Origin: a virus
DNA: 19,373 nucleotides
IMG/VR virus record: IMGVR_UViG_3300045988_057080
Strand: one strand, 5' to 3'
The notes below the pieces were generated by a model. It was given only the letters and a program-made list of their open reading frames with translations, had not been told where the DNA came from and did not search any database. Both the position numbers and the translations under genes were made by a program. Below are positions 1 to 5,883 of this stretch, in pieces. Position 1 is the first letter of the stretch, and the number at the start of each line of letters is the position of its first letter.

Positions 1-43
1 TACTGATCGGTCTCGTGGGCTCGGAGATGTGTATAAGAGACAG
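1..43. other. Illumina Nextera/Tn5 library adapter remnant (non-biological)
   Basis: Reads T-ACTGATCG-GTCTCGTGGGCTCGG-AGATGTGTATAAGAGACAG. This is the Nextera read-2 transposase adapter ending in the 19-nt Tn5 mosaic end, preceded by an octamer in the i7 index position. From memory, ACTGATCG is the reverse complement of index N727 (CGATCAGT). Confidence 0.97.
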
Positions 44-203
44 GGGTTTGTGTGAAGATTTTCCCTCGTGGCTTTTTTTTTATTGTGTATTATTTTTTTT
101 TGTTCTGTGTCTGTTCTGTCTCTTTGTTTTGTTTATGCCTCTATTATATTTTTTTTACGTCCACTTGTCAATTTTTTTTATTTTCGGGCGTGTCGTTTTT
201 TTT

Positions 204-220
204 ATTGACACTGTGTCAAT
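204..220. promoter_or_regulatory. Perfect palindrome ATTGACA-CTG-TGTCAAT within the ITR (candidate operator / dual -35)
   Basis: 7-3-7 perfect inverted repeat. It contains the consensus TTGACA on both strands. A mirror copy is at 19154-19170. Confidence 0.35.
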
Positions 221-343
221 AGTTGTATATGCAACGATCCATGTTTGGCTAAGTTACGGTAACGTAACCGTAGCTTGCTGCGTGGCTGTTGGTTGTTTTT
301 TATTTTTTTGCCTTGTTTTGTTTTACGGCGTGTCGCCTGTTTG

Positions 344-352
344 TGTTATGAT
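344..352 (+). promoter_or_regulatory. Candidate extended -10 promoter TGtTATGAT inside the left ITR, reading inward
   Basis: TGnTATGAT lies about 35 nt upstream of the GGAAAGGA Shine-Dalgarno and the ATG at 386. No good -35 element is present. It belongs to the same motif class as 3360, 6069 and 16435. Confidence 0.4.
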
Positions 353-385
353 GTAGTTATCCGCTTCAAGGGAAAGGAAAAATAA

Positions 386-550
386 ATGTCTTTTGTTACA
401 GACAATTTCCCCGATATTTGTGAGTCTGATTCTGTAGAGTATGCGTATCTCTCCAACGTGTACAACACTACGTATTCACACAATCAAAACGTTTGGGGTT
501 CACCTGATGAAAATAAGCTTGATGGGTCATGTATGCCGCGTGGTTGTTGA
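386..550 (+). CDS. Hypothetical small acidic protein (54 aa), first gene inside the left ITR
   Basis: Hand translation gives MSFVTDNFPDICESDSVEYAYLSNVYNTTYSHNQNVWGSPDENKLDGSCMPRGC*. It is below the 60-aa track cutoff. The ATG lies 6 nt after GGAAAGGAAAAATAA. Third codon positions are T-rich, as in the neighbouring early genes. Confidence 0.45.
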   Translation: MSFVTDNFPDICESDSVEYAYLSNVYNTTYSHNQNVWGSPDENKLDGSCMPRGC

Positions 551-728
551 TGGATGAATACTATACGCGCGGTGAATGTTCCATGATTGGTAGGTGCCGC
601 CATCTGTTAACGAAACGTTGCCGTGCGGAACTTCACAGCGAACACAATAGAGAGTTTTGCACCGGATTCTACACGGTTGTCGATTCCGTTTTGTCCATCT
701 GAGAGCAACTACAAGGGAGGTAAATAAA

Positions 729-971
729 ATGGGAAGTTATAGGCAGATCGCAAAGGAAGCGGGCCTCAGCATCGAGGAAGTGCGGGAATTGATGGCGCGT
801 GCGTGCGTTAAAAGGGTTGAGACTCCATACTATCGCACTACCGAGGATGGGCGTAAGGTGGATGCGGTTGAGGTGTTTTATGCCGTTTGCGCTAGGTACT
901 GTCGTCCTGTCGTTGTCTTGGGAACCGGGAACACTATCGCGGAAGCGGTAGCTGCCGCCCTGACTCACTGA
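729..971 (+). CDS. Small helix-turn-helix-like DNA-binding protein (80 aa), early
   Basis: The internal ATG at 729 is preceded by AAGGGAGG (712-719). The segment YRQIAKEAGLSIEEVRELM looks like an HTH or sigma region-4 helix pair. The upstream part of track ORF 657-971 has no RBS. Confidence 0.55.
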   Translation: MGSYRQIAKEAGLSIEEVRELMARACVKRVETPYYRTTEDGRKVDAVEVFYAVCARYCRPVVVLGTGNTIAEAVAAALTH

Positions 972-984
972 TTGGAGGTCTCGC

Positions 985-1215
985 ATGTGGCATTTCATTA
1001 TTACCAGTGATGGTTTCCAGGTTTTTGAGGTTTTGTCTGATTGTGTGAAGCCTAGTGGTATGTTTTGCACAGCGTCGTTGAAGTCTTCGTTGGATGGTGT
1101 TTTGTCTTATATCCGTCATGCGTATGCTGGTATGGATGTGAATGTGGATATTGATAATGCTACGTTTGATCTTGACGGGACGATGGTTGGTATGGTTAAG
1201 GTGGTGTTGGTATGA
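985..1215 (+). CDS. Hypothetical early protein (76 aa)
   Basis: A GGAGG lies 7 nt upstream of the ATG. T/G-ending codon bias is strong. The stop overlaps the next start (ATGA). Confidence 0.6.
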   Translation: MWHFIITSDGFQVFEVLSDCVKPSGMFCTASLKSSLDGVLSYIRHAYAGMDVNVDIDNATFDLDGTMVGMVKVVLV

Positions 1216-1382
1216 TGGTTGGCATGGTTGTTGCAGTCTGTATTCTTTCCGTACTGTTTCTTACGATGGCGGCTATGGTGTTTTGCGAACTGCCGCGTAA
1301 TGCGCGTGACGTTTTTTGTTTTTTGGTCATGCTCGCTGTGGGCGTGGCTGTTGTGTTGGCTTTCACAGTAAGGGGGGCCTGA
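1212..1382 (+). CDS. Small two-TM membrane protein (56 aa), early
   Basis: Hand translation gives MMVGMVVAVCILSVLFLTMAAMVFCELPRNARDVFCFLVMLAVGVAVVLAFTVRGA*. There are two hydrophobic stretches separated by a charged loop. It has an ATGA overlap with the upstream gene, and its stop is 1 nt before the next ATG. It is below the track cutoff. Confidence 0.5.
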   Translation: MMVGMVVAVCILSVLFLTMAAMVFCELPRNARDVFCFLVMLAVGVAVVLAFTVRGA

Positions 1383-1383
1383 G

Positions 1384-1629
1384 ATGGCTTATGATGATAT
1401 GAGGGTTGCCACGTTCTCGTCTAAATATCGTGGTGGCGATGTCGGATTGTGGTATTGTCCGCATAATCACTTGTACGAGCTTCGGTATACTGTTCGGTTC
1501 CGCTCTCCAGGTGGTTTTTTCGACGCTTCGGCATGGTGTGCATATGACGCCGCTAATGAGTCTCAGATTGCCGATTTGATGCTGGACGCTATCGATATTG
1601 CTCGCACGCCCTTGATGGAGAGGGATTAG
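1384..1629 (+). CDS. Hypothetical early protein (81 aa)
   Basis: AAGGGGGG lies upstream of the ATG. The gene is tightly packed with its neighbours. Confidence 0.6.
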   Translation: MAYDDMRVATFSSKYRGGDVGLWYCPHNHLYELRYTVRFRSPGGFFDASAWCAYDAANESQIADLMLDAIDIARTPLMERD

Positions 1630-1631
1630 CC

Positions 1632-1835
1632 GTGTATTTTCGTGGTTGGATCCATTCGTGGTTGTGTGGCACGTGCCAGGACGCTGATAGTTATTGGCGT
1701 TTGCGTGCGTTTTGGGCTGGGAGACAGCATAAGCGGAGCGCCACTGATCCTCCGAAACGTTGCCCTGATCGGCGGTTGTGGGAGGTCATGTGGCTGTATG
1801 GTGATAGTGATTCTGTTGATGAATTGGAGTTTTAG
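1632..1835 (+). CDS. Hypothetical Trp/Arg-rich early protein (67 aa, GTG start)
   Basis: It starts 2 nt after the previous stop, with GGAGAGGGA upstream, and ends 2 nt before the next ATG. Its third codon positions are T/G-rich like the other early genes. The competing frame 1642-1845 lacks this bias. Confidence 0.45.
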   Translation: MYFRGWIHSWLCGTCQDADSYWRLRAFWAGRQHKRSATDPPKRCPDRRLWEVMWLYGDSDSVDELEF

Positions 1836-1837
1836 AC

Positions 1838-2014
1838 ATGTATAGTACTTTCGTGTCTCTCGCATACTTGAGGGATGCGCGCAAGCCGCCTATCGAGATC
1901 GGTTACGCTTCGTCGTATAGGGATGCGGCGGACTTGATTAAACGGTGGGCGGCTATCCGGTCTCATACGGAGAATATCAGTTATTTTCGCGTCGAGGAGC
2001 GATATTATGCTTAG
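1838..2014 (+). CDS. Hypothetical early protein (58 aa)
   Basis: Hand translation gives MYSTFVSLAYLRDARKPPIEIGYASSYRDAADLIKRWAAIRSHTENISYFRVEERYYA*. TGGAG lies upstream. It fills an otherwise empty 170-nt gap. It is below the track cutoff. Confidence 0.45.
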   Translation: MYSTFVSLAYLRDARKPPIEIGYASSYRDAADLIKRWAAIRSHTENISYFRVEERYYA

Positions 2015-2525
2015 GCGTGGCGATGATAGGCGTCCTATTTACCGTATGCGTGACTTTGACGATGCGATCATGGAGAGCAAGCGTATTGTCCGCGCCACAA
2101 AAGGCCATAAGCGTGAACTGAACTTGAGGCGTTTCGACCTGGGGTATGGTGATTTTGAAACGTGCTGCCGTGCCGTGAACATGCTGTGTGAGTTGTGGCG
2201 TGAAGCGCCTAGTGAATGGTTTGCGCAAGCGGTGATTGCTGTGTCTCAGATTGCGGGCGGTCTGAGCATGAGGGATGGACTCGCCGCCGCTCTGTCCCGC
2301 ACGTATGGTGTTGGATATTTGGACGGTTCTGTGAATCCGCCTAACCTGATCGCATGGTGCGCCGTGTGTGCGGTCAAGGGCGGCACGTCGTATGACTGTT
2401 GCGCGATTTTCGATAGTCCTCAAGCGCAAAAACTGATTATTGCCGTGTTTAAAAATTTTGACAGACTCGACACGACACGTTATGATGACATTGAATTGCA
2501 AAAAATCTTACTGCAAGGGAGGTAA
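2007..2525 (+). CDS. Hypothetical Cys-rich early protein (172 aa)
   Basis: GAGGAG lies 8 nt upstream of the ATG. It is the longest ORF in this interval. I recognise no family. Confidence 0.7.
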   Translation: MLRRGDDRRPIYRMRDFDDAIMESKRIVRATKGHKRELNLRRFDLGYGDFETCCRAVNMLCELWREAPSEWFAQAVIAVSQIAGGLSMRDGLAAALSRTYGVGYLDGSVNPPNLIAWCAVCAVKGGTSYDCCAIFDSPQAQKLIIAVFKNFDRLDTTRYDDIELQKILLQGR

Positions 2526-2528
2526 GAA

Positions 2529-2846
2529 TTGGCTAGGACGAAAACCGATATTTTCCGCACGCGTGTCTATGCCGTGCTCAAGGGCATGGAATTGGTGGAC
2601 GGCGATTTCATGGAAGCGGAGCATGTTATCGACGGACGGTTGAAGGATGCTCGCGCATACTCGATTCGTGCGAAGAAACTGTTTCCAAATTTCATTCCAC
2701 GTTCCATCAACATTTTTTCGCAAAAGGTCTCAATGAATGAGAAGACTTTTTACAAGTATGCTACTTTTGGGGAACCGCAAGAGTGGAACCCCGCAGAACA
2801 TACAAACAAACGACACGCTGACGTTGAAAATAATGACGGTATGTGA
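2529..2846 (+). CDS. Hypothetical early protein (105 aa, TTG start)
   Basis: GGGAGG lies 7 nt upstream of the TTG at 2529, and the gene follows directly after the previous stop. Confidence 0.55.
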   Translation: MARTKTDIFRTRVYAVLKGMELVDGDFMEAEHVIDGRLKDARAYSIRAKKLFPNFIPRSINIFSQKVSMNEKTFYKYATFGEPQEWNPAEHTNKRHADVENNDGM

Positions 2847-2909
2847 TATGAAAGATTTTAGGCATAAGCCTGAAAAATAAAATAACAATAATCTAGGAAA
2901 GGTTAAACA

Positions 2910-3356
2910 ATGGAAAACAACAATACCGAACTCGTCGCGTTCAACACCGGGAGCACCGAACTCGGCACCGTCCAGCACTTCATCGATACGAGCACTCGTG
3001 AGGGTAAGATCAAGCTCTACTCGGCATTGCAGAACGCCGAAAAGCTCGACGAACACCTCAACGAGCCGTTGAACATGACGAACGCCGTCGCTCAGGCGGT
3101 GCAGGTGACCGACGACCAGACGGGCGAAATCTCCAACACCGTGCGCGTCATCATCGTGACCGATGATAACAAGGCGTACGCGGCCACCTCACCCACTCTC
3201 GCGGCGGGACTCAACACCATGTTCGGGATCTTCGGCACGCCGAACACTTGGACGGAACCGCTGTGCATCAAGGTTGTCGAACGTCGCTCCCGCCGTGGCT
3301 TCAAGTTTTTCAGCATCGAGCCGGTGGAACAGGAACCGCAGAAGAACAACAAGTGA
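2910..3356 (+). CDS. Putative ssDNA-binding protein (148 aa), first gene with the C/G-ending codon style
   Basis: AGGAAAGG RBS. The gene sits immediately upstream of the terminal protein/polymerase pair, as gene 5 does in phi29. It is acidic with a basic C-terminal patch (ERRSRRGFKFF). I recall weak similarity to phage-type SSBs of Gram-positive phages. The function is an inference. Confidence 0.45.
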   Translation: MENNNTELVAFNTGSTELGTVQHFIDTSTREGKIKLYSALQNAEKLDEHLNEPLNMTNAVAQAVQVTDDQTGEISNTVRVIIVTDDNKAYAATSPTLAAGLNTMFGIFGTPNTWTEPLCIKVVERRSRRGFKFFSIEPVEQEPQKNNK

Positions 3357-3359
3357 TCT

Positions 3360-3368
3360 TGCTATAAT
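3360..3368 (+). promoter_or_regulatory. Candidate extended -10 promoter TGcTATAAT
   Basis: Perfect TGnTATAAT in the 79-nt intergenic gap upstream of the terminal-protein gene. Confidence 0.4.
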
Positions 3369-3388
3369 CACAATGTGAGTTCACAATT

Positions 3389-3411
3389 AGAGCACCCACT
3401 TTGGGTGCTCT
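3389..3411 (+). other. Stem-loop AGAGCACCCA-ctt-TGGGTGCTCT between the SSB and terminal-protein genes
   Basis: 9-10 bp perfect stem. It is followed by CGCCGTCTT, which is a poor U-tract. It could be a weak terminator or a 5' leader structure. Confidence 0.4.
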
Positions 3412-3435
3412 CGCCGTCTTAAAGGGGTGCGCACT

Positions 3436-4404
3436 ATGTCCCGCAGTCGCAAACAAAAGCACGTAAAGGCACGTCAGGCCGCGCAAGCACGTGCCGCCCG
3501 CAACATCAAACAGCTTGGCGCCTACTCTCATTCGAATCTCGCCAAAACCGCGGACAAACAACTCGTCAACATCGCGAAAACCTTGGGCAAGGAGTGGGAG
3601 CGGCAGAAGAAACGGGCCATAGCGGAAGCGAAGGCAACCCCATATCACGCCACCGCAGTGGAGAAGCCTACGAAAAAAGACTACATGTTCGCCCAGCGCA
3701 CGCCCATATCGGACGCGCAAATTCAGGCGGAACCCGTGGCGAAACGTCGCAAACTCTTACGTCAACAGCAGCGGAAGATCAATGCGGCGCGACGGAAAAT
3801 CAACGAATGGAACAAGGCTCAAGCCATGCCACAACGCAGCGTGTACGATCAACGTGTGGCCGAAATCACCGGAACCACCGGTGAAGGCTTCGGCCGCAAT
3901 CAGATCATTCCATCGAAGCTCACCGACTTTCTGCAAATGGCCAACGTGCTGTCAGACGAAGCGTTCGTGCGCTCCCAATTGGAGAGTGGGCGACGTAAGG
4001 AGCTGATTGGTCAGATGCATGATGCCGCCGAAATACTCGGACTGCGCACCGAACAAAAAAACAAACCGTCCAAAAAGCGGGGAACAGGCAAACAGACTAA
4101 AGAATTGTATGGTGATCATGAATGGCCGTCATACATGTCACGCGGACGTTATGAGGTGTTCGAGAAGATCCTGGCCACCACGCTCGGCTCGAAACGGCTG
4201 AAACGATTCCGCCAACTCTCGGCAGCGCAAAAACGCGCGTTCATCGAGCAGACGGACGCCCCAAGAATCGTGTTCGACTGGACGGTATATGACCCAGTTC
4301 GGCACGGTTTTACTTCGGTGTTCCGTGACAACAGCGAGGGCTACCAGCGTTCGCGACGGCAGTTCGACCGGTGGATGATGGAAGCGGGCGCGTTGGAAAA
4401 GTAG
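3436..4404 (+). CDS. Putative terminal protein (322 aa)
   Basis: It lies immediately upstream of the protein-primed PolB in a genome with ITRs. It is strongly basic (K/R-rich N-terminus MSRSRKQKHVKARQAAQARAARN). Its size is comparable to phi29 gp3. The ATG at 3436 has AAGGGG 9 nt upstream and is preferred over the GTG at 3427. The assignment rests on synteny. Confidence 0.55.
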   Translation: MSRSRKQKHVKARQAAQARAARNIKQLGAYSHSNLAKTADKQLVNIAKTLGKEWERQKKRAIAEAKATPYHATAVEKPTKKDYMFAQRTPISDAQIQAEPVAKRRKLLRQQQRKINAARRKINEWNKAQAMPQRSVYDQRVAEITGTTGEGFGRNQIIPSKLTDFLQMANVLSDEAFVRSQLESGRRKELIGQMHDAAEILGLRTEQKNKPSKKRGTGKQTKELYGDHEWPSYMSRGRYEVFEKILATTLGSKRLKRFRQLSAAQKRAFIEQTDAPRIVFDWTVYDPVRHGFTSVFRDNSEGYQRSRRQFDRWMMEAGALEK

Positions 4405-4431
4405 CGGCAGTCAATCGAAGAAAGTTGTACC

Positions 4432-5883
4432 ATGACCAGGCAAGATAAAAGAGTGGGATTGTGGTGCGCGGATAACGTCATACGCTTTACGGACGGCACC
4501 GTCCTGCGTTACGTCACCGCGCCTAACCGCCTTTTGGCGTCCATAATGACGGGCGGCAAACTCACCATCTATGTGACTGATCCCGATATTTTGGATTCGT
4601 TTATCGCGCACGTCGTACACTCCCTCCCCCATAACGAGCACAACTCCAATTTGAGTTGGGATGCGATAGTGTCAAAAAAAGGCAAGTTCTTCAACTTTAG
4701 CGTGCGTATCGACCGCGAAAATTCCGCACGCTTCTTCGATATATCGAATCTTTTGCGCGAGAATTGCCGTCTCACCATGACCGACACGCAACTACTCAAT
4801 ATTCTGCGCGAATACGATAACCGCGGTTTGTGCAAGATTACGGCGGGCGGGGCGAGTATGGAGGCGTTCGCGTCCGGCGAGTGGAAATGGTATTACGACA
4901 AATTCCCACAATTAGAATCCGAAACCAAAAAGTCATTGCATGACGCCTATGTCGGCGGTTTCATGATCGCAAGAGAAGGGGCGTATGGCAAGGCCATCGA
5001 CGTCGACTGCAATAGCATGTATCCGAGCATTTTGCGGGATGAGTGGCTTCCGTGGGGCGAACCCGAACCGTACGAAGGCGACTATGAGGAAGATAGCGAC
5101 ATGCCATTGCATTGCGACGAACTCACGTTTCGCGCGGAACTCAAACCAAACGGCCACCCTTTTCTACTCGATAATCGAAGCGTGTACGGCTTGAACCGTC
5201 TCACCTCGACACGTGGATACGTCACGCGCGTCTTGACCGACATTGACCAACAACTACTATACGAGAATTATGAGGTGAGCGTCTACAAGCATGTTAGGGG
5301 GTGGAAATTCCGCCGCTCCAAAGGTTTCTTCCGTTCGTTCGTCGATGAATGGGGGGAGTTGAAACAGCGGGCGACGGGCGAGAAACGGCAGATGGCGAAA
5401 CTGATCATGAACGCCCTGGTGGGAAAAATGGCGAGTCTGCCCAAGGGCACCGTACTACTCCCCCTCTCCAAAGACGGCATAACATTGAACTGGGATGTGG
5501 CGCAACGTGAGGAATCGAATCTGAAAACCGATTACCTCCCCGTGCCTATTTGGGTCAACGCCTACGCGCGCCGCAAGCTTATGGACGTCTGCCACGCGAA
5601 CGCCGACCGACTCTTGTACGCGAACACGGACGGGTGCATCCTGAGCGGTTGGGAGCCGGTGGAATCATGCGACATACACCCGACCGACCTTGGTAAATGG
5701 AAGATCGCCGCACGATACGAAAAATTGACGATATTGGGTATGAACCGGTATCAGGGATGGAGGGAGGACGGAGAGGTTGACGTATGCATGGCCGGAAACA
5801 TGTTCTCGCAACCCATTCCCTACGAGAAGTTTAGACATGGCGTGCAGGTCATGGATGATTACGGAACAATGGTCATGCTATAA
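4432..5883 (+). CDS. Family B DNA polymerase, protein-primed (phi29 gp2-like), 483 aa
   Basis: The motifs are DVDCNSMYPS (motif A), KLIMNALVGK (motif B), YANTDG (motif C) and NRY (KxY-like). By eye it is collinear with phi29 gp2 from LCKITAGG (phi29 LDRMTAGS) to the C-terminus, including LPWGEPEPYEG versus LPYGEPIVFEG. A TAG stop at 4402 in the same frame excludes a longer N-terminus. Confidence 0.92.
   Translation: MTRQDKRVGLWCADNVIRFTDGTVLRYVTAPNRLLASIMTGGKLTIYVTDPDILDSFIAHVVHSLPHNEHNSNLSWDAIVSKKGKFFNFSVRIDRENSARFFDISNLLRENCRLTMTDTQLLNILREYDNRGLCKITAGGASMEAFASGEWKWYYDKFPQLESETKKSLHDAYVGGFMIAREGAYGKAIDVDCNSMYPSILRDEWLPWGEPEPYEGDYEEDSDMPLHCDELTFRAELKPNGHPFLLDNRSVYGLNRLTSTRGYVTRVLTDIDQQLLYENYEVSVYKHVRGWKFRRSKGFFRSFVDEWGELKQRATGEKRQMAKLIMNALVGKMASLPKGTVLLPLSKDGITLNWDVAQREESNLKTDYLPVPIWVNAYARRKLMDVCHANADRLLYANTDGCILSGWEPVESCDIHPTDLGKWKIAARYEKLTILGMNRYQGWREDGEVDVCMAGNMFSQPIPYEKFRHGVQVMDDYGTMVML

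Larger units (their letters stand above)
44..386. repeat. Left inverted terminal repeat (343 bp)
   Basis: The track ORFs 15-356(+) and 19018-19359(-) translate identically. By hand comparison the identity continues through position 386 (= 18988) and breaks at 387 (t versus a). The repeat is T-rich and low in GC. Confidence 0.95.

Noticed and set aside
15-356. 113-aa ORF in the left ITR, and its twin at 19018-19359 on the minus strand
   Set aside because: The start codon and the first 10 residues (MGSEMCIRDR) are a translation of the Nextera adapter. The rest is poly-Phe/Leu/Cys/Val from a T-rich repeat, with no RBS. It is an artefact of adapter plus low-complexity DNA.
657-728. N-terminal extension of the HTH ORF (track start at 657)
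   Set aside because: There is no SD before 657, whereas AAGGGAGG sits in front of the internal ATG at 729. The extension reads as Arg/His-rich non-protein-like text.
1208-1216. TGgTATGAT extended -10-like motif inside the early operon
   Set aside because: It overlaps the stop/start junction of two coupled genes, and a transcript from it would begin inside the small membrane ORF. It is probably a chance occurrence. I kept it as a caveat for the promoter-family finding.
1642-1845. Alternative 67-aa hydrophobic ORF, and the minus-strand ORF 1626-1865, both overlapping 1632-1835
   Set aside because: The frame starting at 1632 abuts its neighbours exactly (2-nt gaps), has an SD, and shows the T/G third-position bias of the early block. 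The competing frames lack these properties. Confidence is still only moderate.
3310-3720. 136-aa minus-strand ORF antisense to the terminal-protein gene. Other antisense or off-frame ORFs of the same kind include 6804-7433, 7603-8055, 8576-9013, 9437-9853, 12154-12720, 13602-14069 and 15785-16183
   Set aside because: All lie wholly within better-supported plus-strand genes that have recognisable homology or motifs. They have Arg/Ser/Pro/Gly-rich off-frame composition and lack SD sequences.
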